Assembly (NCBI GenBank): GCA_013115125.1
Contig: JABANN010000138.1
Location: 1-63,091 of the forward strand
DNA length: 63,091 nt
Origin: Perkinsus olseni
Taxonomy: Eukaryota
Direction: 5' to 3'
Below the pieces are notes generated by a model. The model saw only the letters and a list, made by a program, of their open reading frames with translations. It ran no database searches and was not told the DNA's origin. The position numbers and the translations under genes were made by a program. Shown in pieces: positions 12,366 to 24,822 of this stretch (position 1 is its first letter; every line of letters begins with the position of its first letter).

Positions 12366-15300
12366 TCACTTCTGCTGCTGCTGCTGTTGTTGTTGCTTCT
12401 GCGCCAACTGATTGGCCCGCTCCTGGATGAGGTTCTTCCAATTCTGCTGGTCCTGCGCCGACAAGTCGGACTGCTGCAGCACGGCAGGGCACTGCGCCAG
12501 AGTCTCCCCAAGGTAGATAAACTCGTCGTAGGGATCCTGAACAAAGTTGACACTTCCTGCTTGAATCTTAAGGGTCGTTCAGTAAACTAATTCTGTAACC
12601 CAGAATCGATCCTAGAACCGCATTGTACACGTACTAATAAGTTCCAGAATCGATTCTGAGTTTCAGGATCACTGTATTAAACGGGGGTTCAAAGTAGCGT
12701 GAGCCGCTCCCGTAACGACCGCCAATATACCCTACCAAGGCACTGGTCTTGTTCTCATCATCTTCGTCGTCATCATAGTCACTGTCATCTTCATCATCCT
12801 CTCCCTCGCCAGACAGCACTGCCATCAGCTGGGCCCGCACCTCCTGCATCAGCTTGACCTGCCTAGAGGCTGAAGCATCCTCGTCATCACCCAGATCTTG
12901 TATGAAGCCTTCATCGTCTAACAGCAGCCATAACATCGAAGACTTGGGCACAGAAGGCGACCTACCTTCCTCGACCCAATCGCTATCATCGTCGTCATCG
13001 TCGCCCTGATGCGCCGCCCTTTCCTTTGCCTTCAGCCGCATCGACTGCACCTCCTTGCACTGCTCATAGGCCGTTTGGACCACCTTCTTACACGTCCCCT
13101 GACGACACCATCATACCAACACGAAGACGAAACACTCTCCAACCCACTTGAACGTGGGCCGGCATCTGCGGCATCGACCGGAGTAGGTTGCCAAGCGCCA
13201 AAATCAAGGCCTTCTTCTCATCGTGCGACCGCAACAAGCTCGCTCCCTGAAGAAGATGCCCTTGAAAATTTTCAAGTTGAAATGTCCCACTCGGGACATG
13301 GAGATCAGAGCCCCTGAGTTCAGCTATCCCACTGACCTGGATGATAGCTGAGAGTACGTCCAATGTGAGACTGTGCTTGTCCAGCACAGACACCAAAGCG
13401 GTGGGAGAATACCACAGCATCATAACGAAGGCGTAGAGGATCCATCTAAGCTCGTCTTGCTTTCCCTTACTCTTATCGCAAGACTTCAAAGCGGCGGCGA
13501 GGAGCCCGACGTAGCTGAGATAGAACACAATGTTCCATTACTAACAAGCCTCAGCCTCCCCGCCTACGGCTCCAGCCACTCATCAGCCTGACCAGCCTTG
13601 CAGTTCTCAAACACTAAAGCAGCGATCTTGGCCGACTGGGCAGCAGCAAAGTCATCTTGCATCTGCATACCCTTCTTCACCTAATACACGAAGCCAATTA
13701 TCCAATCCATGCTCCTTCGAAATTAGAAGTCGAGAGTAGATACCACATGATTCCCCGGGCGCTTAGACCGAGCCATCAACTCACTATAGCGAAGAGCATC
13801 TCTGTGTATCGCATCCCTGTCGGGCCGGTGCCAGTGAGCCAAGTCTGAGTCCCTCGAGAAAGGTAGTTATCCAGAGGGCCAAGCATGTTATCGAGGTAGT
13901 CAGCCGCCCAGCCCTGAGGTAGACCATAAAATCAAAGTGAGCTCGTGAACCGGACTACTACCTCTGACAGAGGACCAGCGAGCTCGTGGCCAGGAAGGTT
14001 GCCTCCACAACAAGCCTGGTGAATGAGACAGTAGTATCTACAAGTCATGGGAATACATCTACAACACCAAGTCAAGTAAGGCACTTACTTCCACAGAGAT
14101 TCAGGCAAAGGTTGAGGAGCAGTGAAGGTGACACCTGTGAGGATCTCCAAGCCGTCTTCAAAGTAGTCGATCCCATCAGGAGTGAACAAGGCATCCAGAA
14201 GGCCACCTGAGACCAACAATTCTCCTTCAGCCACTGTACCAGCCCATGCACTTACAAACAGATTGCTCGCACTGCGCCAAGGCGGCAGGGTTCTTGAATA
14301 CAGACTCCATAAGAGAGAGGATAGTCTGGATAGTGCCCATAGCAGCCTGACGAGGACCAGGCATACCGGCCGAAATCACCGCTGTCCTTGACCTACCATG
14401 GAGGTGTCGTCATCGGTCTCCTCAGCTTTCATTTGTCGCAAGAAGGCGGGAATAAGATGATTAACAGCTTGAGACGCGTACCTAGACGACACCCATTGAA
14501 CGCTTAAACTCAGCCCCTCACAGCAGTCGAGCCCGTCTTACGGTCCCACGGCATCAGAAAACTCAGTTGCCATCGAGTCCAGAGTAGCCGCTAGAGACTC
14601 GCTGTCAACCTCCTGTGTGAGGCGAAGGAGTCGGTCGATGACCTCGGGAACCTACAGAATGGAAGAGTCGAGGCAACCACTAAGCGCTCTCGAGCACCCA
14701 AAGGGTGGACCTACTGATTGTGCAACGACCGGTCTCATCGCTGCTGAGCAGTTGTTGAAAAACGGCTTGATGGAGCCACCTGCCTGGACTCTGACCTGCG
14801 GATTAGAGATAACCGATGTACTCACTACTCAGAACTAGTCGCTACTCACTACTAACTGAGGACACGGCATAGGTAGGACAATACGCATATTCACGCTGAC
14901 GTACCGCTGACGACGGTCATAACTTTAATAGTATCAGATTCGAGTATTCTATCGAGTAGGAATGTGATAATTTCGAGACGCTAATAATCATCTCATTAAA
15001 AATCTTCTCCATTACTGTGCCGAAGAGCACTCATGCTGGATAGATACTGATCTAGTAAAGATACCAAACAAGAATTGCGGAGGGAGCGAAGCTTTATCAT
15101 GTCAAATCGAATTATTTCGGCGTGCGTGCGTACGAATCATCTATCCCCAGCCAGAGCGTATACTAAGACGAAGCACACTAAACGGACTCACTATGTTTTA
15201 GCACCTTGGAAAAATTGGCAGAACTACTCGACAAGGTTTCTCTCGTGAGTTATGCGCCAGAATTATATTTTGACGGAGAAGCCCCGGAACCGGGATTCGA

Positions 15301-18106
15301 ACCAGGGACTCTTGCGTGCAGTGAATATTTCACAATCTAGAGTTGACGGCTACGCTGAGCGAGCCGTCAACTGCGCCGCCACTTCGTCACAAAGGCCTAG
15401 TGGGGATAACAATACAGTTGAAACTAGGATACCGCCAACTTCATTCATTCGATTGTGTATTCCTTGTTCAGATCCAAGTTTTTTTAGTGCCCCTTTTCCT
15501 ATTACCGGCAGCTCACTATCACTCAAGCAGGCCTTGGTAGCCACGAAAGCAGCACCAAAGACCTCCTGGCTGAACTCAATATTCTCGCTGATGAAGGCCT
15601 CGAAGGTCGAGCAAGCTCTCAGGCGAAGGAATGCGCACTGGGACTTGAACTCGGGAAGAACAACATTGACCAGCATCTGCTGGAGGGCATTAACATCAGG
15701 TAGTTGGTTCTCGACAGCGGAGGGCTTCTTCGGTTTCTTGCCTTTCTTGGACCTCTTGGATTTTCCTAACAGCATGCCCTTGCAACGAGCCCACCGCCAC
15801 TGGATGCACGTTCTGGACTCACCTGACTTTTCAACCGCTGCTATCGCAAGCTGCTCAGCGATATTCTCCAGTGCGTTTAGAGCACCGTCTTTCCTAGAAA
15901 GGAGCGCCACGTACCACCTCCTCAGATCCTCCATCCACCTACTTGCAGCAAGCCTGCATGTCGACCTTATCTCCCATCCGACTGTAGGCTTCCAGGTCCG
16001 TAGAGATCGAGGCCATGATAACGCTGAGGCTGTCGCGGCCACGGTAGGTAACGAAGGACTGAAGCGGAAAAAAGACACTTCGGCGTGACCAGAGCAGGCG
16101 GCGAGACTTACACGAAGAAGGTCCCCGGCGGCGCTCCGGGGGTCAGAGAACATGGTCTCGCATGCTCCTTGACGACGAATGAACTACAAAGGACAGAAGC
16201 TCATTCAGTTGGGCAAAAGGTGGTATATAGCACCTCGTCGGGGTCAGACTCCCATAGCTGCTGATCTTCTTGAGAGAAGGACAGAACAGGCAAGACGACA
16301 TCGTGGACGAGGAACCTTCACACGCGTGCGATACCATAAATCTCAATATTCGCAAGCATCACTCGGCCTTACTGAAGATGAGGTTTGATAACCTTGTAAG
16401 TGATGGCGTGCTGTGCAGCCTCCGCAATGAAGCCAAAAACTTGATACAGGACCTACGCCGATGACCACTGCGCTCCCACTGTTGACGCCCCACTGTTACC
16501 TGATCGCTAACAAAGGCCCCTTGGGTTGCTCTCCTCTGGAGGAGCTCGATCATCTGTTGAGTCATGCCCGCACCGAAGGTATCCAGCCACCACTGGGCGA
16601 AGTTGGTCATGACCACAGCGACGTTCTGGTCGGTCTCATGAGCCGCCACCTAGACAACACCGATTGGCGCGAGCGGAAGCAATGCCTCTCTTACCAATCG
16701 AGGATTGCCAAAACGACCGATGAACCGATGGATGTTCCTCATGGTCCACTTTTGGAGCTGAGAGATGAGAGATGAATGAATGGAAATCGTCACGCGCCAC
16801 GATATTCACCTTGGCAAGAGGGACCTGCTGCCTCTGGTCGTGGTCCGCGGGCAGCTTGTTTGCGGGAACGGATAGCATCGTGGAACACTTGAGGAATAAC
16901 TCCATCCATCTACCACCTAAACAAAGACCCGCACACGTTCAGTCCCGCCACCCTCCTATTTTTTCCTCCCTACATGAGGCATGGTCTGTGATGAGCGTCT
17001 CATGCAGGGACGTTTGAATGCAGGAGTGGAACGTCTTGGCGATAACACGGAGCATGTCAATCTACAGAGCCACCAACTTTCAATGCCCTGACCACCGAGT
17101 TTGCATTACAGCCTGAGTATCCATAGCCTGGGCGCTTGGGAAAAGCTTCTCACCCAACTGCAACAACTGTGGGAGGGCCTTCACTATCTGACAACAGGAG
17201 GCAACTACCAAGTGAAAGGAGAAGGGAAGGTTCAGTACCACTGAGTCCAAGCTCTCACGGCCGGGACGACCGCGAGCCTTCATCTCAAACTCCCGGGCTA
17301 TCTTCCTTATTATGAGTAAGCCAACCATAACCTGTGAATCCTTCACTATTCAGCACGGCCTTTGCTTGACTACCTACCTTATTAGGGTCCTCAGTGGCAG
17401 CAATGAGGCCCAAAGCCCGAGGGAGGAGCTCCGGCCAGCATGCCGGGTACCTGAGAGCGAGTAAATGGCGGCGATTTACCGTCTTATCAATAACACTTAC
17501 TCACGATGGATGCATTCACGGACACATTCTATAGCCAAATTACGCAGTTTGGCATCCCCCTTAGCATGCACTGCGATATCAACAATATTGTTCAGCACGA
17601 ACGCCTTATCGGCATCGCACAGCTCATAGCCCGATGGCCCAGGCTCAGTTATTTGCTGAACCTAAGGGAAGGTAGACAAGGTGCCAATGCAACCCTCGTT
17701 GGAAGACTGTGAAACAGAACGCAGCAAGTGAGCCAAAGAGCGGCGGCCATGAGGGTCATTACACTGCCGTCATACTGGACTCTACGAGACCAGAAGTTCT
17801 TGATACCGTTCTTCACTTGAATGGCTGCTGACTGACGGATCACTGACTCAACCTGAGGTACCATCACTCAGACGATCAACGATGGGCGGAGACACGCGAG
17901 GCAGAATCCCTCCTCTTTACTGACACCTCTAGCTACACGTGCACTATTACCTGGTCTTCAATCCACACACGACAGAGGGCCTGCATGAATCCCTGCTGCC
18001 TCTGGGCAGCCGTGATGAAGTTCTCCGCCTCTCGACGCTGATTGGCGTCGGGGGAGAAGGAACCGGTGAGGGCCTTGAAGAGGTTGTCTGGCGAGATGTC
18101 AGCCAT
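12366..18106 (-). CDS. Importin-7/8 (importin-beta family, Nmd5/Sxm1-like), many exons
   Basis: N-terminal ...DANQRREAENFI, IRQSAAIQVKNGIKNFW (IBN_N), RKDGAL, FLRLRAC, DSELP/VRVQAG, LDSVDSESLAATLDSM, and an acidic D/E-rich C-terminal region. Confidence 0.88.
15280..15372 (-). other. tRNA-like 3' half (perfect B box, T-arm, acceptor 3' strand) preceded by an 11-bp perfect hairpin, inside a 710-nt importin intron
   Basis: The minus strand reads ...ACGCAAGAGTCCCTGGTTCGAATCCCGGTTCCGGGG. No matching 5' acceptor strand or D-arm is nearby. Inverted repeat AGTTGACGGCT (15341-15351) / AGCCGTCAACT (15362-15372). Confidence 0.55.
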
Positions 18107-18730
18107 TTAAGACCGCAGCGTAGCGGATAACGTGGAAGCCTGCATCAACAGCACACATACACCAACCATGCGACTACACAAGCCAGCCATCCTCCCCAGC
18201 ACGATATCGGCAGCGCCTTGGTCACTAACAAGACCATCTCAAATCCTAGAGTCACTGGCCCATGTCCGACGGAATTAGCGCTCATGGCTACACGAGGGCG
18301 TGAAAACCCTTGCGCAAGCTTGTCGCCAAACCTAACCCTCCATGTTTTAATGAAGTGAAGGCACACCAATACGAGGAACCCTAGTAAAGCACACGCTATC
18401 ACTGCCACAGTGACATTCGAAGAGCATATATCGTCGGACTCGCAGTTTGCGAGGTGCTACGCTTCGCCACTCGCACGATAGCGTCACTCGCCACGAAATT
18501 CAGCACAGCAGATTGAGTAAAACCCGTCGACCCATCTATTCGAAAGTCTAAAACGACCCGAATCAAGAAGCGCGTTCATATTCTCGATGCTGCTTTGAGC
18601 AAGGATCTTCCTCAGCTGATAGCGGCCCCAACAAATCTACCACTCACAACGACAGAGGTGAAAGACGTGATTGGATACTCTAAAAACACTCCCCGACAGA
18701 AAGAAACGTTTCAGAAGTACTTTCAGAGCA

Positions 18731-19860
18731 CTAGTGCCGCGTACAGGTATGCTCAACCGGGAGGCATCGTTCACACTTCTCGCAGTGCTTCAGCTTTGGC
18801 TTCGTACATTTACCGCAACCAGCACAGTGGGACCACGCCTTGTTGCCGTGTAGGGTCGTGCAAGCTCGGCAGGTATCACAGTGAGCATTGACCTTATGCA
18901 CCCATCGTCCACCACACTTCTCGCAGACCCTGTATGACGCAGGAGGCAAGTCGGTAAGCTCGTGGAAGCGGGTGAAGAACCGAACTGGGCTCTTGTCGGA
19001 TTTGTAAGTCCTATGGTTAGCATAGTCAACTCGGTAATCATTCATGACCAGCTTCGGAGCGTCTTCCGAGCCCACCAAAGCATCCCGAGAGAAATACGGG
19101 AAGGCAAACAGAACATCAACTTTGGCGAACATCTCGGAGCCTAGGAGCACCTCTCGAGTGCATCTCCATATAGCAGGGACCAGTTCAGGCTGAAACGGAG
19201 GGTCTACAACCACTATGTCGAGTGACCCCTTCTTGAGCCAACTGGTGAACCTCTCCTTCCCCTCGGAACCGAAGAAAAAACCATTAACCATGTTGAACCG
19301 AGCCCCTGAGGTTCCAGCCTCCTCAACGACGACCGAGTCCATGTCCAACAGGAATGCGTCCATATTATTCTCTTCGCGTAGACGGCGATGCACTACAGGT
19401 GTGCCGAGGCATAGTACCCGACGGTAGCCGTGCTTAGAGATGTACTTCTCTATTACACTCAAAGCTTCATTCGAGAAGAAGTACTGGGCGTTGGCCTTAT
19501 TCTCAGTTTTCTCATACTGTCTTGCAGGCCCAACGCGCCTGATCCGCTTCGCTGGGTGCTCCGCCCCATGTCGTTCGTGCTCGTCCACCCACACAAAGAG
19601 CGGGCATATCTTACGGTCCCGTATCGCGCTGCAAGCATAGAAGTCGCGGGAGGACATAGTAGAACCGTCAGCGCCCTTGGTCACACGCCGAAACCTGAAA
19701 CAGAGGCGATCGGCTATACCTTAGAAGAGCCCCCGCGCCTGCCCTACCGCATAGCCGAGCCGTGCTCACACTGCGGTGGAGGGACCCCGGCATCCGCTTC
19801 GTCGAGAATCAACTTGTTTATCGTCCGTCGTTCTGCGTGGGGGAATCCACCACGAGCCAT
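18731..19860 (-). CDS. ZCCHC4: rRNA N6-adenosine methyltransferase ZCCHC4 homolog (2 exons)
   Basis: GRF-type Zn finger CEHG...FYACSAIRDRKICPLFVW, NAQYFF, VLCLGTP, VVDPPF catalytic motif, and a C-terminal Cys/His-rich region. One intron at ~19695-19746. Confidence 0.9.
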
Positions 19861-20768
19861 ACGGATCACTGTGAACTGAGAGGAACCGCCACGGGGTGAA
19901 CGCCAAAATTCAAGGAAGCATTCTCGTGGTCGGCCCAAGCACAACTTCTGATCAGCCCGGATCCCCCAAGACCACCGCATCATTCATAGTTCCTCGTGAT
20001 GCGAAATGGAATTCACTCACAGCGGAGCATCGAGATGGAAACCTCGCTACAAAGAGGCGGCATCGGAAGTGTCCGTACCATTGGCGAACTTGACTTCGAT
20101 ATGCCGTTCGATTCGAAGAGCCTCCCTGCGAGCTTCGTAAAGTAGTAATACTGATAGACACGTGCTTCGAAGCGGTTATACTGCGGATGGGAATGGCGTG
20201 GTACCTTGTGACCTTCTTAACAAGTGACGCAAAGCAACGATGGTTTGCTTATCACGCAAGAGGGCGGGCGAAGTCCGGCGCAGTCTGCTGCTCACTTACG
20301 CACGTTGCTACATAATAATAGAGTGACTACTGGTTGGTGTATTCCTGATGTGACTAACTGCCACCCTGTAGTTCTATCACTAAAGCTACATGCAATCCCA
20401 TTACGGTGTCACGGTGGTCTTCGGAATGTGGGGGTCCAACATACTGTGTACTCGCGGGGTACTTATCCAGAATCCGTAACAGGATCCGTGAAAGATCAGC
20501 GCTCCAGTGAGCTCGAACATAGTCACGGCGGAATTAGTGTATGCTCCCTCGAATCCTGAGTCACTCTCGGTCTCTCGGCGAAATTGGTCTTGCGTAGGTG
20601 AGTGCTCGATCTATCTGTTATAAGTCACCATCGAGGCTTGCAGCTCTTTGGCTGATCATTGCCGAGGACGCTCAGCCCCAACACATCCGTCCCCTGACTG
20701 AAAGTCGTCGGATCATCTCGATGGATAGTCATTCTTTCAGCATCTCTTCGTTGGAGTCTTCAGTGCCG

Positions 20769-23058
20769 ATGGCCGACATCACCCCGGAATCCCTGGGTTC
20801 TTCCGTCCGCTCCATCCCGTTTACCCACTTCATCAACGGTAATTTCCGAGGCCCTACTGCAAGCGAGGCGGTCAGGGAACTCAGCATAATCAACCCAGCC
20901 ACCGAAGGCACTATTGCCAAGTCTCCATGCGCTGGAAAGGTATTCTGGGAAACCATTTCGTCGATAGATGGTACCACCTACCTCGTTCCATCTGCCTCTT
21001 ATTAGGGTGACGTCGATCTGGCAGTGGCAGCAGCCCGGAAGTCCTTCGACAGTGGCGTTTGGTCCAAGATCTCCGGCTCGGATCGGGCTGTTGTGATGAA
21101 GCGCATTTCAGAGGGAGTCAAGGCGAGGTAGGTAAGAGCACAGCTGGCCCGTGAGTACCTGTTGGCCGTCTACAGGCGAGACGTCCTCGCTAGAGTCGAG
21201 ACCGTTAATACGGGGAAGCCCATCGAGGAGACTGAGTGGGACATTGATGACGTTGCGGGATCGTTCGACTACTTTGCTGGTAGGTTTGGGCGTTTCTTGT
21301 GGTCGTAGCTTCACTTCTCGGTGATCCCAGATAAGGCGATCGAGCTTGATAAGAAGCAGGGTAGCCTCGTTGATCTGGGCATGGAAGAGTTCGAAGGCCG
21401 CGTTTACTACGAGAGCTGCGGAGTGGTTGCGGCTATTGTGCCCTGGAATTACCCCCTGCTGATGGCCACCTGGAAGGTGAGCTGCACGGCTTTCAGCTAC
21501 CCGCTGTATGCTCATCGTCGTTCATGCGCTGACGTTCATTAAATCAGGTTGCCCCGGCCTTAGCTGCGGGTTGTTCGGTTGTCCTCAAGCCCAGCGAGCT
21601 GACGCCCGTCACTGCTATGGAGTTAGCCCTCATTTGCAAGGAGGCAGGCTTACCAGACGGAGTGAGTACAATACCCTACTAGACTATCTCCGCTCTGACA
21701 CTGTCGTCGTCTCAGGTGCTTAATGTTATAAGCGGGGACGGCTCGACTGGTAGCTACATGACCTCCCATCTCGACGTCGATAAGGTCACCTTTACTGGCT
21801 CGGAAGCCACGGGAAAGCTCGTTATGGGTGCGACTCTTCCGGGCGGAAAGAAACAACGTGGCGAGGTCTCGGGTTGCCTCAGGTTCATGCACTCCCTACG
21901 TTCACAATGTTGGTCTTGAACTGGGCGGCAAGTCACCTTTCATAGTGTTTGAGGACTCCGAGATTGACCAGGCGGTTGAATGGGTCATGTTCGGCTGCTT
22001 CTGGACCAACGGTCAGATCTGCAGCGCTACTAGCAGGCTTTTGGTAGTACTTGAAGTTCCGTCATCCGCGTGAGATTTTCCCCCTGTGTGGTGACTGTGC
22101 GGTTCTTGTTAGATTCACAACAGCATCAAGGAGAAATTCTTGGCTCGCCTTCAAAAGGAGATCAGCAAAGTGCCGCTGTGTACGCCTCAGGAGCTACTCG
22201 AAGGCGGCTTGGAGAAGACCAGCGGAAGACTCGGTCCGATGATATCAAAGAAGCAGTTCGAGAAAGTGACGGGTGAGCTTGCCTCGATCGACGAGGACGG
22301 CCTGCTTGAGCTCCGGTGTAGGTATGGTCGATCGTGCCAAGGCCAGCGGCTTCAGTCTCCTCTGCGGTGGTAACTCTCGGACCCCTGGATACTATGTCGA
22401 ACCCACGGTCTTCGTGGACGTGCCCACCGACTCGGAGGTACTAACACAGTAGCACCGTCGGCGTGTAAAGGCAACGTTCGTGTGAGCATCGACGACGGTG
22501 TCATGCTGGAATTTAGATTTGGACAGAAGAGGTGTTCGGACCTGTGCTTTGTGTGAGAGGCTTCGATACAGAAGAGGAGGCTCTTAATGAGGCTAATAAT
22601 ACCAGGTAGTAGTCGCGGGCAACGTGTCGGCTAGGCTGAGGAAATTTACTCAGGTTCGGTCTGGCGGCGGCAGTTATGAGTGGTGATCCAGCGAGGTGTG
22701 AGCGAGTGATGCGGAACTTCCGCTGTGGCATTGTATGGGTTAACTGCAGTCAGCCATGCTTCACACAATTGCCGTGGGGAGGGGTGAAGCGCTCAGGGAT
22801 CGGCAGGGACAACGGCGACGCTGGCTTCTGGAGGTGAGGCGCATGCAAGTCTCAGTGGGCTCTATGGCCTTCCTTCACGTCGCTCCGGGACAACTGGCTC
22901 TTGGGTGATATGGCTTCTTGCCGTGCGGAGTATTCACTGGTTCCTTGTTTGTTCACCGATTTCTTCTCAGTTATTTGGAGCCCAAGCAAGTTGTGAAATA
23001 CGTCACGAAGAAGCCTTTCGGGTGGTACTCTCCCCGCTTTGAGGACAGCAAACTGTAG
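20769..23058 (+). CDS. ALDH10-family aminoaldehyde/betaine aldehyde dehydrogenase with C-terminal PTS1 (SKL)
   Basis: [72 protein letters not shown]; the last exon ends ...[12 protein letters not shown]. Confidence 0.93.
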
Positions 23059-23188
23059 TTGGCCGCCTATCTATCAGCGATTCCTTGTGTTGATTTCTAT
23101 TTAAGTGTTTCTCTCCTACCATCTCTTGCGTTATTCAGTACGGCGAACAGAGCCCTTCTCAGTAGATTGTTCTGATCTTGAGTACTGC

Positions 23189-23907
23189 CATGCCCGGCTC
23201 CAATGGGCTCCCCCCAAGTGAGGCAATAACTAGCTGGAATCCTGTGAGTATCCTTCCTGCCTTCAGGGCCCCCTACACGGCAGCCCTACCCGGACTCGCT
23301 GAACCCGTTCACCGCATCCAGCTCGTACTCGTCAACGCGGGAGCCGCTGTTGCAGGTCAGAGACGTGTAAGGGTCGTGCCGGCTGGATGTGATTTTCTGG
23401 ATAGGACCAGGACGTCCCTCTAGATGAAGCATTGCAGCGGCAGAAGCTGGAGGATCTCAAGAAGGTCGACAAAAATATGGGGGTAGTCCAGGTAGTATAG
23501 TATTAGAGGGAGGGCATGACGATATTCCCGTTCCCTGTTGCTAGGACATGTACCATCAGCTGCATGGGGAAGTCGTGAAGCAGCAGGACACGATTGATGC
23601 GGTGGATGAACAGATGGAGCAGGCCAAGGATTCGACAGGAAAGGTGGTAGCGGGAAGGTGTCGGGGAGAAAGCTTCCCTACGTCGGCATTACTTCCTTCG
23701 TTGGGCGTCGCAGTAGACAGCCCTGGTGTAGGTAGTGGAGGAGCTCCAGGAGACGCATCACAACAAGAAGAAAAATTTCTGGCGAAAAGTGGCATGTATA
23801 TCGATACTACTACTGGTAGTCTGAAGCCCTTCAGTTGTCAGCGGAGCGGAGCTCCTCTTTAGATACTGATCGTGTGGATTTTGGTATTCTTTGTGATTCC
23901 ATCCTAA
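23189..23907 (+). CDS. Small syntaxin-like Q-SNARE with C-terminal TM anchor
   Basis: Spliced: LEDLKKVDKNMGVVQ/DMYHQLHGEVVKQQDTIDAVDEQMEQAKDSTGK/VVEELQET...; hydrophobic ILIVWILVFFVIPS*. Confidence 0.75.
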
Positions 23908-24822
23908 CACAGGTATTCCAATCTTCTCTGCACGCTTGTGGTTCCTTGAGTTTGTAGTTCGCGGAATGGATCACAACCCACTTTCAGTTATGTTTGTCGC
24001 TTCTTTGGTTGGAGCTCGCTTGTCTGACTAGTCTTAATGGCAGCATCGACGGAAAGAACGATTCCGGCTCGTGCCGATGATGCCTCTGAAGCTCCTCAGG
24101 GAGCAACCTCTTGTACAGTCTCGTTTCTTCGCAAGAAAGGTTTAATAATTCAACAACTTGGTACTCCTGGTCTTATCTCTTTCCCGGGCCCGCTAGTGTA
24201 GATCGCCGCCGGTTCCAGAAACCCCTTACTGAGAATGCGAGGGTTTCGATGGATTCAACACTGTGAGACGGCTGATAATGTCGCATCGAGAGCCCTCATC
24301 GTCCCACTGTTCTTCTTTGCAGTCCCGAGAGCGGGCGTAGGAGAGCACTAATGACCATACCCGAAAGAGGAAGGCTAGGAAGTGGTGGAGAACAGTCAAG
24401 AATGTCGTTGTGGTGATCTTGGTAATCACTGGCCTCCACAACTCAGCTCGTACATGTCCAGCCGGCCGCGATTAATGTCTTATGCATATTAGTTACTCAT
24501 CTTACTCGTCGTGGTCGTTACTTGCCTCCCTTGAGGCCGTTTCAGCAGTCTGACCTCAAGCTCTTCAATTCTCCATGCTGCAGTTTTGCGAGGGCAATCT
24601 GCTCGAAGGGCTCTCTTGAGCTTTCCTTTAAGGAGGCTGTTGGTGTTGCGCCAGCATTCAGATTTCGCTCGGAGGTCTACTCGACACCTGCCAGGCCAGT
24701 TTCCACGAACATGCTGACCTTAGTTGGGGACGTAGGGGGTTGCTCGGCCGGATTGTTAGCACAGCTCCAGCGTGGTTCTCACAGTCAGTAGGGTTTGTCG
24801 TCACCACAGCTACTACTTCACG

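Noticed and set aside
19232-19241. TTGGCTCAAG (SL 3' half) on the minus strand
   Set aside because: It lies inside ZCCHC4 coding sequence (codons for S-W-L-K); coincidental.
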